Source: Torpedo marmorata (Eukaryota). From it: DNA of 64,000 nt. The translations under genes and the position numbers were made by a program. The stretch is from the NCBI GenBank assembly GCA_977017645.1, contig CDRNVU010000048.1:1612001-1676000 (forward strand), given 5' to 3'. Below, piece after piece: positions 23,791 to 36,865 of this stretch. The notes under the pieces were generated by a model that worked only from the letters and a program-made list of their open reading frames with translations, made no database searches and was not told the origin of the DNA. Position 1 is the stretch's first letter. Each line of letters begins with the position of its first letter.

Positions 23791-25259
23791 GAACATTGTG
23801 AGCAGATCCAGCCCTTACAACGTCTTAACACTGCATTGTTTAAGTTATGTGAAAGGTGCTGAATGTACATATTACGCTCATCGAATGAGGTGACACGGCA
23901 CGGAAATTATTAAATAGCTGAAGAACGAATCCTTTACTGAAATTATTAAGATGTTATTGATGCTGGCGTTCGTACATTAATTGCAAAAACAACATGACAA
24001 ACTCACCCTGATCAACAAAATGATGAAGTAAAATGTTCAAAATAGACATCATAATGCTCGTTTCTTTCGTTTGCTCTATTTCTCAACACCTTAATCGATT
24101 GCCCGCTATTAGCGTTTATTGAAACGGTTGAATCTGCAAAATGGAAGATTATGTTTCTGTGGTTATTGCCTGATCCGGGTTTCACTGCTGGCGAAGTTGC
24201 CTCGAAAACTGACTCTCAGTAAATAACACGTGTGCGGTTGCTACTGGCAGGTACATTCCACCGCCAGGACGTGCAATGAAATGAGCAGAATTATGACTTT
24301 ATCTGCATATCGGCTGCAAAATAAATAACGATGTTTTGAATTGACAGATATCAGAAGGGTGTCACAGTCCGGAAACATCGCTCAGTATGTAACGTTGTGT
24401 ACAGAAAATACGATTCAATCATTCATTTCTCCGCCCTGTCAAGATACAGATAAAGATAATTAATGCAGATAAAATGTCAATATGAACGAAAATCAAAAGA
24501 GTGTCCCTTCACAGATATGGAGGGTCCATGTATCCCGCTGCCTCCTGCGTCGCAGCTTGAGTGACGGACTGCGCAGCATTTTGACGGTCTTTCAAGCGGG
24601 TCGGTTTCAGGGTCACGGTCGCAAGAGTCCCTTATATAACGACTTGAGAATTAATCAAGTCACTGAAGGACTAATACTTAAATAAACGTATGCCATTTTG
24701 CAGAGTGGTTAAATCATCTGTCATCAAACACGATAAAAAGCCAACTCCTGCGTCGCTGACAGATGTAGACACAAACTCCTCTTCCTATTGTTCATCGTTT
24801 TCTTGTTGAAGACCCGTTCAGTACGAACAGATAGATGCCCGACGGATCGGTTAGTGCTTGTGGTCATTCTAATCAACAGAAACACCCAGTGTGTTTTACA
24901 CTTTCCCTCATACCAGCACAATTTGATGATGCAGTGACATTTCACGCATTGCGCGATCAATTTTGCCAACCCACCACCACAACGCTACACCATACAACTA
25001 AGTTATTTCTCACGCGCAATTCGTCCAGAGAACCATAAAACACTACAGCACAGAAAACAGGTCATTCGGCCCTTCAAGTGTGTGCCGAAATATCATACCG
25101 CTAAACATCCTTCACATTACTTCTTTGCTTCCTATCGAGAGCACAGTGGGGATGAGTGTAGAAATGGATCAGCTCACGGTTCACTGACGGGGAAGAGTCG
25201 ATGGGCTGAATAGCCTATTTCTGCCTCTTTGTCTTCTGGTCTAATGGTCTTATGACAAT

Positions 25260-26205
25260 AGCTGTTCCCAATTTACTCTCCCTCGTTCCTGCCTCATCCC
25301 ACCGTAATTAGCCCTTCCCCAATTAAACACTTTACCGCTTTGCCTTGTTTCATCTTTGTCCTCCGGTGTTCTATCTAACTCCGACATGCTTCCTCACAGA
25401 GTGGTCTGTCGCCTGACTAGGGTCATTACCCAGTACACAATCCAATATGGAATCTCCTCTGCTCGGCTCGTCCACATACAGCGTCAAATTCTGACCCATC
25501 TATCCCTCTTGCTGTAAGGAGATAACAATCAATATTTGGGAAGTGCATGTTTCCCATGACACACCCCGGATATTTCTGATCCATTCCAAAATATGCCTAC
25601 TTATCTGTTCCTCGTGCACCGACGGATATTTGATGGTCAATATGGAGTGATTATTTCTTTTCTATTTCTGACTTTCACCCACACCGACTCAGTAGACATT
25701 CCCTCCACAGCGTTCTTCCTTTCTGCAGCTGTGATACTAACCCTAACCTGTAATTATACTCCTCCCCCTTTTACCCCCATCGTATTCATTTTTAAACATC
25801 TAAAGCCCGGTAACTGCATCAGCAATTCCTATGTTTGCGTCAGTGAAGTCTCTGTAAACGCAACAACAACGTACTTCCTTGTAATGATCACACTCTAAGT
25901 TCATATCCATTACTCCAAATACACCTTGCATTGAAATAGACAAATTTCAAACCCTTGAACTCACGACATTTATCCTTTCTCCCCTGCCAATTCTTCATTA
26001 CAAACCCACAAAATATTGTATTATTGTTTTCACCTTCTGATCTTTGTTTTTCTCTCACATTCCCGTTCACATTCCCCGAGCAAACTAGTTTAATCTCCCT
26101 CCTACAGTTCTAGCAAACCTGCCTGCCTAGATATTGTCTCCTCCCCCGTTCAGGTGTAGACCGTCCATTTTTTATACAGGTCATAATTTCCCCACAAGGC
26201 CCGCT
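25260..26205 (-). mobile_element. CR1 ORF1-ORF2 junction and endonuclease fragment, decayed
   Basis: LKFVYFNARCI on the minus strand, plus GGGV and GDF-like remnants. Confidence 0.7.
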
Positions 26206-26994
26206 GGACCAAGCCTTCAGCCAAACATTCATCCCCCATAACTTCAGTTGTTTTCGTTCTCTTCCTCATATTTACATCAACCGCAGTGCATGTTTTTGTC
26301 ACACGATGAAATCTAAACGAACAACTGTGCTTCGTGTTAATCGGTGTAAATCAATTTGACATAATAAGAGGTTTCAAGATTTCTGTTTATCACCTCCTTC
26401 CGAGACAATCCATTGATATGTCAATGACAACAAGAAATGTCAGTGGATTAACAGAAGTAAAGATGGATATTATGACAATTGCCATTCAAACATTAGAAAT
26501 AAAACTGCATTGGAACAATCTCATACACAACACAGACGGCGACTGCAAACAGAGCCAAGGCACGATGGGATATTATCGCGATCTCACGAATGATTGTAAG
26601 TATCTTCACGAAATTAGTTCGCATCTTCTAAACTGAAGCACCTAATCCGCCCTGTCGTCGAAGACAATGATCGTTCTGACTATCAACTGACGCATTGCCA
26701 ATCAACTATTTTCAACAGGAAAATAAATCACACCTGTGGGAATTGTGGTTCCTATTAGTTTAATGTTGATCAAGGATGTTGAGAAAACTTATTTAATTAA
26801 TGTGTTCAACATAGTGTAGATATTGCGTAATATATTGGAGTGAATATGACATGGTTTTCCGGAGAAAATCAAATAATCACCAATCAATTATCTGACCCCT
26901 GTACTCGTCACCTGTTTGTCTTCAAATTCAAATAAATCGGTCAATAATAAGAGAAAGATTGAATCGTCGCCTGAGTAATCTCTTGCTTTTTTAG

Positions 26995-27290
26995 ACCATA
27001 AGACATAGGAGCATAATTATACAATTCAGCCCATCGAGTTCCCCTCCATTTAATTCGGAGCTAATCCATTTCCCCACTCAGCCCCTCTACCTGGCCTACT
27101 CCATATAACATTTGATGACCTGGCTAATCAAGAACATATTAAGATCCGTCTTAAATACACTCAATGTCCTGTCGTCCACAACTGCCTTCGGCGATACATT
27201 CCACAGATTTACCACCCTCTGACTGAATAAATTCCCCCTCATCTCTGATCCAAGCGGACGGCCTTCAATCTTGAAGTTGTGGCCCCGTGG
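26995..27290 (-). mobile_element. CR1 3' end
   Basis: RGHNFKIEGRP..FSQRVVNLWN..FKTDL (ORF 27096-27299) followed by the CR1 tail. Confidence 0.85.
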
Positions 27291-27503
27291 GTAATGCAAA
27301 AATCAGCTCAGTTATTTTCCTCTGATAAATTCCCTCTCTGTATATACTCTGCTTATATTTATATAAAGATNNNNNNNNNNNNNNNNNNNNNNNNNNNNNN
27401 NNNNNNNNNNNNNNNNNNNNNNNNNNNNNNNNNNNNNNNNNNNNNNNNNNNNNNNNNNNNNNNNNNNNNNNNNNNNNNNNNNNNNNNNNNNNNNNNNNNN
27501 NNN

Positions 27504-27522
27504 ACAGAGCGATAGAGGAGGT

Positions 27523-27554
<32 letters not shown>

Positions 27555-27607
27555 ACGAGAGAGAGACAGAGACAGACAGACAGAGAGAGAGAGACAGAGA
27601 GAGAGAA
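27504..27607. repeat. (GA)n/(GACA)n microsatellite
   Basis: Direct reading; adjacent to an assembly gap. Confidence 0.9.
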
Positions 27608-27986
27608 ACTTAGGTTTAGGGGAGAAGTTTAGAGGGAACATTAGGGCTCATTTCCTCACAGAGACTGGTAGATGCTGGGAACGAGATGACAGCTGAAGTG
27701 GTGAGGAGCGGCACAGTTTTTACATTAAATAATCATTGATGGGAGGGTCATGGAGGAATATTGACTAGTGCTTGTCGGTGTGACTAGGTATTATTATAAG
27801 CCAAAAGGCCTGTTTAATGTACAGTATTATTCTGTGGTTCTCTGGTTCTAAATGATAATTTCAAATGCCGGCAACTAGTTCTTCTCCTTTCAGATGAATT
27901 TGCTTGAACTGTGTTCAGAAAGGAGCATAAATAACCACAGACCGAATTCATGACCTTCGGCCCACCATAGGGGCGGCACGGCCAGC

Positions 27987-28242
27987 GGGGGCGGCACAGT
28001 TGGTGTCGCGGTTACAGCTGTTACATCGCCAGTGACCGGGAGCTGGATTCGAATCGCGCGCTGTCTCGGAGGAGTTTGTGCACTCTACACATGTCAGCGT
28101 GGGTTTACTCCGGATTTTCCAGTTCCCTTCCACCGCTGAAACGTAGCGGGAGCTGTTGATAAATTGGGTATATTTTGGAGGCACCGGCTCGTAGACCGAA
28201 AGGGTTTGTTACAATGCTGTATGTCTAAATATAAATTTAAAT
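27987..28242 (+). mobile_element. V-SINE copy, paralogue of 21550-21810
   Basis: ggggcggcacagttgg...ggattcgaatcgcgcgctgtc, at the same position within the duplicated unit. Confidence 0.8.
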
Positions 28243-29465
28243 ATCCATGCAGTCTATAAATATCCACTGGAACCTATTCCCCACTCAAATCCAAGATTAT
28301 TATTCTCACAATTCCATCAACCATTCACGATTGCACAAGATTGTTTGGAGTCATATCCAACATTCCATCCATTCATTAAAAATATTCCGTGTCTTCCGAC
28401 AACCCGAGTCCTTCACGCTGATCTAAGTCAAATAATCATATATTACGATTACATGTCCTTTCTGTCCATGTCCCGGAATCCAAACAGCACCTACAGACAC
28501 TAATCACAGTTTATGCTTCCCTCAATCGCATTTTCACCGTCACACTCGACCACTCACACAATTTACAAATGTCGAAGTAACCTTCCAAAACCACACACGA
28601 TTGAACTGTTGGATGAATCTGAACTATCACAGGGAAATAAATGCTAATCTCCACGCAGACGGAACCAGAGGTAATATCTCAAGAGGAGGTGCTCATGGTC
28701 TTAAAATTCAATATAACACCTCACATGAGCAACGATTATAGAGCAGAGAATATCACGGCACAGTCCAGACCCACAATCAAGGTCGCGCCGACCTATGTGA
28801 ACCTACTCTGCAACAATCTTGTATTTCCACACTCACACACACAATAGTCTAATTTTCTTTCACCTCTGTGCCTGTCTAAGGGTCTGTTGAATATCTCTAT
28901 TTTGCGAGACTATGCCACCGCCCCGATCTCTCAACACTCTGACGAGAAATGCGTATCTTTGATCATCCCGCGGATGATCGTTTCGGGAAACACGTGTTGA
29001 CTGTGCATCCCATCTAGGTACGTCCTAATCCTATGTACCCCAGATAAGTTAACTCTGCCTTCGTTTCTCCAGAGAGAAATTCCAAGCCCTGTCAACTTGG
29101 CTTTATGTGACATGATCTCTGATCCAGATTTCATCCTGCTAAACCTGCACGACACTATCGCCAAAGAACCCACATCCGTACTGCAATGTTATGACCAGGA
29201 AAGAACGTAATATTCTCAGTGTGGTCTGACAGGAATTGTACAGGACTTCAACATTACCCCACGGCCTTGAACTCAATACCCCGAATAATGAAGATCAACA
29301 CACCATCCAGCTTTTTAACTGTCTTATGAAATTGCGTGGTAACCTTGGCGGATCTATGGATCTGAACACTAATACAGCTCAGCTCCTCCATTCTGTTAAT
29401 AATTCTGCAATTCACCACTTAATCTGCCTTTAGTTTCTACATTCCAAACTGCAATATTTCACATT

Positions 29466-31442
29466 CAAGCACTCAGCCATAGACATAAATGAATATGCAA
29501 CAGGTGTCACCGACTTCATCAAGACCTGCGTGGATGAGTCTGTGCCCACGCGCAAATACCGGGTGTTCCCCAACCAGAAGCCCTGGATGAATCAAAGAAT
29601 TCGCAACTTGCTGAGGACGAGAACAAGGGCGTTTAAAGAGGGGGACCGGGATCTTTACAAAAAGTCCAGGCACGACCTGCGGAAGGCCATCTCTGAAGGA
29701 AAGTGGCAATTCCGAAGGAAGCTGGAGACAGAGACAGATACACGCCAGCTATGGCAGGGAATGCAGGCCATTACAGCCTACAAAACGAGGGCGAACACTA
29801 TAGACGGCTGTGATGCTTCACTACCCGATGAGCTGAACACCTTCTATGCCCGCTTTGAGAAGAAGAACAAAACAGTGCCTAATAGAATCCCTGAGAGGGC
29901 AGAGGACCCTGTGATATCTGTCTCTGAGGGCGACGTCAGAACATCATTCAAGAGGGTGAACCCTCGCAAGGCGTCAGGCCCTGACGGCGTACCTGGCAGG
30001 GTACTGAAAATCTGCGCCAACCAACTAACAGGAGTGTTCACGGACATTTTCAACCTCTCATTGCGGCAGTCAGAGGTTCCCACCTGCTTCAAAAGGGCAT
30101 CAATCATCCCGGTGCCCAAGAAGAGTAGTGTGAGCTGCCTCAACGACTATCGCCCAGTAGCACTAACTTCTACTCTGATGAAATGCTTTGAGAGGCTGGT
30201 CATGGCCAGAATTAACACATACCTAAGCAATTCGCCTATCGTCACAATCGCTCCACAGCAGATGCAATATCGCTGGCTCTCCACTCAGCTCTGGATCACC
30301 TCGAAAACAACAATTCATACATACGGCTGCTCTTCATAGACTACAGCTCGGCCTTCAATACCATTATTCCCTCAGTACTGGTCAGGAAGCTACAAACTGT
30401 AGGCCTCTGTACCCCACTCTGCAACTGGATCCTTGACTTTCTCATCGGAAGACCACAGTCAGTAGGAATTGGAAACAACGTCTCCTCCTCACTGATTATC
30501 AACACAGGCGCACCCCAAGGATGCGTGCTTAGTCCACTGCTCTACTCGTTATACACTCATGACTGTGTGGCCAGGCACAATTCCAATGCCATATACAAGT
30601 TTGCCGATGACACCACAGTTGTCGGCAGAATCACAAACGCCAATGAGGAAGCGTACAGGAGGGAGATAGATCAGCTCATTGAATGGTGTAATGACAACAA
30701 CCTCGAGCTCAACGTCAGCAAAACCAAGGAGATGATTGTGGACTTCAGGAGGAAGTCAGGGGAACACAACCCAGTCCTCATCGAGGGCTCAGTCGTGGAG
30801 AGGGTCAAGAACTTCAAATTCCTGGGTGTCAACATCTCCGAGGATCTGTCCTGGAGCATCCACGTGGATGCAATCACAAAGAAGGCTGGTCAGCGGCTAT
30901 ACTTTGTGAGGCGATTGCGGAGATTCGGTATGTCGCCAAAGACTCTCGTGAACTTCTACAGGTGTACCGTGGAGAGCATTCTAGCTAGTTGCATCACTGC
31001 CTGGTATGGTGGTGCCAACTCCCAGGACAAGAGCAAACTCCAGAAGGTTGTTACCTCGGCCTGTGACATCACGGGCACCAAACTTCACTCCATCGAGGAC
31101 ATCTACATGAGGCGATGTCTTAATAAAGCAGCCTCTATCCTCAAGGACCCCCACCACCCAGGCCATGCCCTCTTCACGCTGCTTCCATCGGGGAAAAGGT
31201 ACAGGAGCCTAAAGACGAGCACTCAACGGCACAAGGTCAGCTTCTTCCCCGCTGCCATCAGAATCCTGAACAATCAATGAACCAAAGACACTAGTGCACT
31301 ATTGTTTATAATTTTTTATATAGTAATGTCGTTAGAATGGTTAATATGAATGTTAATTGCACTATGATGCTGCCGCAAAGCACCGAATTTCATGACTTGT
31401 TCATGACAATAAATTCTGATTCTGATTCTGATTCTGATTCTG
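29466..31442 (+). mobile_element. Young 5'-truncated Rex1/Babar LINE (RT ORF with one frameshifting deletion near 30230)
   Basis: ORF 29530-30339 (PNQKPW, KASGPDGV, NDYRPVALTS) and ORF 30525-31280 ([25 protein letters not shown]), with an (ATTCTG)n tail. The paralogous empty site is at about 23020. Confidence 0.95.
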
Positions 31443-33559
31443 ATTTTTCATGATTGAACTGCATTTGATTCTTCTCTTCCCAAATCTGCATCCTGTTGAT
31501 ATCCTGCAGTAACCCACGAAAACCGTCTCAACTTTCCACAACACATCAAACCTCCAAATAATCTGCCAAATTCTGAATAACCCCTCCAATTCTATATCCG
31601 TCATTCAAAAAAAAAATAACCACAGAGAGCAGTGGCCACAGAACGCGAATCCTTACTGAAATTCACGCAGAATAATTTACATCCACTGGTATCTCTTTCT
31701 TCTGCAGCCAGGCCAATCCTAGATCCCATGTCTTCTAACTTTCCGGGTAATCCGAACATCGGGGACCCTGTCAAACGTCTTGAAAAAAATGCATTAACAT
31801 CACATCCAGCGGCGTTCCTTCATCGTTTTATATTCACTCCTCATGAAACACTCAATCAGGCTCGAAACGCACCACCTGCTTCTCAGAAACTCATGGTGAT
31901 TCTCCATTTAACACTATTTATATATATATATGCCTGAAAATATATGCACTTAGAATTCTCTTTGCCCACCACTGACTTGAGACGCACTGGTGCATAAATT
32001 GCAGAATTCTGCCTCTTTCTTTTTCTAAATAACGGCACGACATTTTTTCATTCTCCCTTTCTCCGGTATCTCTCTGCCGTCTAGCGATGACGCAAATATC
32101 ATCGACAAAACTCAATAATATCTTCACCGCTTACTTTAATTAGATGAGTACATCACTGCCGGTCCCGTAAACTTACCTTTCCGAATATTGTAAGCAGATC
32201 CAGCCCTTACTCTGTCTTAACTCCGCATTGTTAAAGTTACGTGAAAGGTGCAGGGTATCTGACTGGATATATTACGGTCATCGAATAAGGTGACACGGCC
32301 TGGAGATCATTAACTAGCAGAATAACTAATCGTTCAGTGTCATCATTAACATGATGTCGATGGTGACGTTCGTGCATTCTTAGCACAAACAACATGGCAA
32401 GCTCACCCTGATCAACCAAATGATGAAGTCAAAAGTTTAAAAATAGAAATCATAATGCTCGTTTCCTTCGTTTGCTCTATTTCTAAACACGTCAATCAAT
32501 TGCTTGTGTATAAAAATACGCAAGTGTCGTTTATTAAAACGGTTGTAGCTGCGAAATGGATTACTTTGTTGCTGTAGTTATTGCCTGATCCTAGTTTAAG
32601 TGCTGGCGAAGTCGCCTCGACAATGACTCTCAGTAATAAGACGTGTGCAGTTGTTACTGGAAGGTACAATCCACCTCCAGGACGTGCAATGAAATGAGCA
32701 GAATTATGACTTTATCAGCATATAGACTGAAACATAAAGAACGATGTTTTGAATTGACGGATATCAGAAAGGTATCACAGTCTGGACACATTCTTCAGTG
32801 TTTAACGTTGTGTACATAAATACGTTTCAATAATTAATATTTTGCCCTGTAAAGATACAGATAAAGACAATTAATGCAGAGAAAATGTCAATATGAACGG
32901 AAAGCAAAAGAGTGTCCCGTCCCAGATCTCGTGTGTCCATGGATCCCGCTGCCTCCTGCGTCGCAGCGTGAATGAGGGGCTGCGCTGTATTTTGACCGTC
33001 TTTTCAGCGGGTCGGTTTCAGGGTCCCCATCGCGAAAGTCCGTTAGATAACTACTTGAATAATTAATAAAGTCACTGACCGTCTAAGATTTAAATAATTG
33101 TATGTACTTCTTCAGATTCATGAAACTCATCTGTCATCAAACACAATAAAACGCCAACTCCTGCGTCGTTGACAAATGTATACACAATATCGTCTTCCTC
33201 TTGTTCATCGTTTTCTTGTTGAAGCCACGATCACTCGTTCAATTAGAACAGATATAAGACCGACGGATCGGTTAGTGCTTGTGGACCATTATAATCAACA
33301 GAAACTCCCAGTGTGTTCTACCCTTTCCCCAATCCCAGCACAGGTTGATGATGCAGTGATATTTGACGCATTTCTCGGTCAATTCTGCCATCCCATCATC
33401 AGGAAGCTACAAAATTAAATTATGCTGCTTCTCACTCATCGCGGAATTGGTTTTGCGCGAGCTCCAAGCAAGTCAAATTTTAAATAGAGTGGGATGTACA
33501 ATAACAGAGACACGAAGGGGACAACAATTGGGAAGACGGCAGAACAGCAACGGATGGAG

Positions 33560-36240
33560 TTTCTGCAAGAAATGGAGATGGTGTAAAGTAAATACATACC
33601 AAATAAGAGGAAATGTTCGAATGAAACATGTCACAACAGTGGCTGACTAAGGAAGTCAAAGCCAACGTGAAGGCTAAAGAAACGGTATACGAGGAAGGAA
33701 AATTTAGTGGAAATATAGCGGATTGGGAAGTTTTAGAAAACCTGAAGAAGGTAACTAAATCTCATAAACAGGGCTAAGATGAACTATTAAACCAGGATAG
33801 GAAATATTATCAAAATGGATGCAAAATGTCTCTTTAAGTATATAAAGAAGAAAAGAGAGGTGAGAGTAGATAGAGAACCACTATACAATAACGCTGGTGA
33901 AATAATAATGGGAGACAACTAAATGACAGAAGAAGTAAATGAGTATTTTGTATCCGACTTCACTGCGGAAGACTTTAGCAGTGAGCCAGGTCTCGGAGGG
34001 TATCAGGGAAGCGATGTGAGTGCAGCCATTACTTCAATTACTGCAATGGACAACGTGTTCAGTAGCTGCATTGTCTTAGTTATGATGTTTCCCGGACCAG
34101 ATGGATTATATCCTCGAGTCCTGATAGAGGTGCCGGTAGAGATTGTGGAGGCATTGGTAATGATATTTAAGGATTCTGAATGGATTCTGGCATGTTTCCG
34201 GAGGACTGGAAAATCGCAAATATCACCCCACTATTCAGGAATTGAGTGAGGCACCAGAAAGGAAACTATAGGCCGGTTAGCCTGACTTTAGTGGTTGGCA
34301 AGGTGTTCCAGTCGATTGTAAATGATGACGTACCGGAGTATTTTTAGGCACATGATAGGATACTCCAAAGCCAGCATGATTTCATTAAGGAACAACTTTC
34401 TTGACAAACCCATTGTAATTCTATGACGAAGTGACAAGCGGGCTGGATAAGGGAGATGCTGTGGATGGTGTGTATGTGGATTTTAATATGGCATTTGACA
34501 AAGTGCGTCACATAAGGCTACATAACAGGATAAGAGCCCATGGTATAACAGGAAAAATTCGAGCGTGGCTAGAACATTAGCAGACTGGCAGGAATCAAAG
34601 AGGTGGAACACAAGGATCATATGCTGATTGGCTGTCCCCTTAACGAGTGGTGTTCCACAGGGGTCGGTGTTGGTGCCGCCTCTTTTGAATTAATGTTGTG
34701 TACTAATTATTTGGATCATGGAATGAATGGCTGTTTGGACAAGTTTGCGGATGATACAAAGGTAGATGGAGGATCAGGTCGTGCAGAGGAAACACTGAAG
34801 CTGCAGAAGGATTTAGAAAGATTGAGAGAATGGGCAGAGAAATTAGAATGAAATGTAATGTCGAAATCTGTACGGTCATGGACTTTGACAGAAACATAAT
34901 ATACGGAGAGAATATTTTTAAGCCTTATTCTAATCTAACCCCTTCCTCTAATCAAGGTTTCCATTGAAAAAAAAGGTACAAATATGGATCAAATCGCAAC
35001 CTCCAGACATTAGACAGAGAATCCTCGGAGCATCCAAACTTCTGAGTATCCTGAAACTTCCAATCGTGATAATATTCCATGACTGGACCCCAGGACTTAT
35101 CAAATTGAAAGTTATTATCTTTAATGTTGTATCAAATTTCCTCTAAGTTTAAACAATACATTACATCGTGTAACCACTGTGTATGATTAGGCGAAGAATC
35201 TTCTTTCCATTTCAGTAAAATTTCTCGTCTGGCTACCAACATTGTAAAAGCTAAACTTTATTTATTTTTTTTTGTTGGGCATTTTTCTTTTTTTCTTTTT
35301 TACTTTCTTTTTATCTTTTTTTGAGTAATTAGTAAATGGGTTTAACTATGTCTGTTACTGTTTATTTAAAATCAAACAGAATAACTTCGGTTTATATCGA
35401 AAATAGTTTTAAGTATTTCTAATATGTTATTTTACATGTATATTAAAAGAGTTGTTATCTGTTTATTACAGATAATGTATGCATGATATATGTTAAACTC
35501 AATAAAAATATATTTTAAATATTTTTTTTAAATGGGGACAAAATGTAAAATACCCAAATGCAAAGGGACTTGGGAGTTCTCGTGCAGAATCGCCTGAAGC
35601 TAAACTTGCAGGTTGAGACGGCGGTGAAGAAGGGACATGCAATATTGACGTTTAGCTCCAGACAAGTAGAATGTAAGAGCAGGGGTGTGATGTTGAGGCT
35701 TCATTAGGCACTGGGAGACCTCACCTGGAGTATTGTGAGCAGTTTTGCGCTCCTCATTTCAGAAAGGATGTGCTCACATTGGAGAGCGTGCAGAGGAGGT
35801 TCACTCTGATGCTTCCGGGAATGAAAGAGTTATCATATGAGGAGCGCTTGGGGATTGGGAGAATGAGAGGGGATCTCATTGAAATATTTGGAATTTTGAC
35901 TCGTATTGACAAAGTAGATGCAGAAAGTATTTTCCCATGGTGGGAGGGTCTTGGACAGGTGAGCACAAGCTCAGGTTTAATGGGCGTCCGTTTACAACAG
36001 ATATACGTCGGAATATCTTCAGCCAGAGGGTGGTAAATCTGTGGAATTTTTTGCCACAGACGGATGTGGAGGACAGGAAATTGGGTGTATTTAATACAGA
36101 GATCTATAGATTCCTGATTAGCGAGGGCATCAAAGGCTTTGGGGAGAAGGTCGCATAGTTGGGCTGTGGGAACACTCATGATTGAATGGCGGGGCCCACA
36201 CGACGGGCTGAACAACTTCTTTCTATTCCTCTGTCATGAT
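33560..36240 (+). mobile_element. CR1 ORF2 (RT through 3' end), decayed, interrupted by an L1 tail at about 34921-35520
   Basis: PGPDGLYPRVL, NYRPVSLT, AFDKV, KFADDTK, LESVQRRFTLMLPGM and FSQRVVNLWN motifs. Confidence 0.88.
34921..35520 (+). mobile_element. Probable L1 3' end (ORF2 C-terminus and T-rich 3' UTR) nested in CR1
   Basis: AT-rich block that interrupts CR1 collinearity and ends in AATAAA plus an A-rich run. Flanked on both sides by aatattttt. Confidence 0.5.
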
Positions 36241-36259
36241 CTGATGCATATGGATAGGA

Positions 36260-36675
36260 GGGCAGGAGAGTTTGGACCAGATCCCTTCTTCAAGGCAGTG
36301 GCAAAAATTAGGCAGGCATCTTAATTAAAAATTGGAGCTGGAGTGGGAAGAATGGGAGGGGAGGGAGTCCAGACCAACAACAAAATTGGATAAATGGATA
36401 TGAGAAGATGAAAGGTGAGAATTGATTTTGGCTCTGTGAAAGGAGAAAGAGGGAAAGGGACGAGAGACAGAACAAGTGGAAAGGAGCCGGAGAAGAGAAG
36501 AGGGTGTCTTATCGGAAACCAGAGAAGTCGTTGTCCATGCCAACCGGTTGGAGGATGACCAGACAGAAGATGAAGTGTTGTTCTTCCAATTTAAGTGTGG
36601 TTTCAGTATGGCAGTGCATGAGACCATGGGCAAACATGTCGGCAAGGGAAAGGGGCAGGGAATTAAAGTGGGTTT
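36260..36675 (-). mobile_element. Penelope-like 3' region; continues at 44651-44789 on the far side of the Gmr1-like insertion
   Basis: Reverse complement of the GIY-YIG C-terminal region seen at 18330-18560. 44651-44789 encodes CIGETGRRLGDRFVVHL. Confidence 0.8.
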
Positions 36676-36817
36676 TGTTACAAATTCAAACCAGCAGCAA
36701 CAGAAGACGCAATGCAAAAGGGGTAAAATTGAAATTTATATTTATTAAAGACAATTAAACATGTAATTTCACAACAAATATCACCACTATAAACGTCTAT
36801 AAACACTATTCTTATCT

Positions 36818-36865
<48 letters not shown>

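Larger units (their letters stand above)
21150..25020 (+). repeat. Local segmental duplication, copy 1 (CR1 tail, SINE, CR1 fragment and non-TE core)
   Basis: Collinear with about 27620-33440, including non-repeat blocks such as ttgaactgtgttcagaaaggagcataaataa and ccaggacgtgcaatgaaatgagcagaattatgactttatc. Confidence 0.9.
27620..33440 (+). repeat. Local segmental duplication, copy 2 (contains an extra Rex1 insertion)
   Basis: Collinear with 21150-25020 once 29466-31442 is removed. Confidence 0.9.

Noticed and set aside
24495-24610. Possible Pol III small RNA between a TATA box and TTTT on the minus strand
   Set aside because: It resembles none of U6, 7SK, Y, vault or other snRNAs that I can recognise, and the TATA is not kept in the second copy. 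It is retained only as part of the unexplained-core finding.
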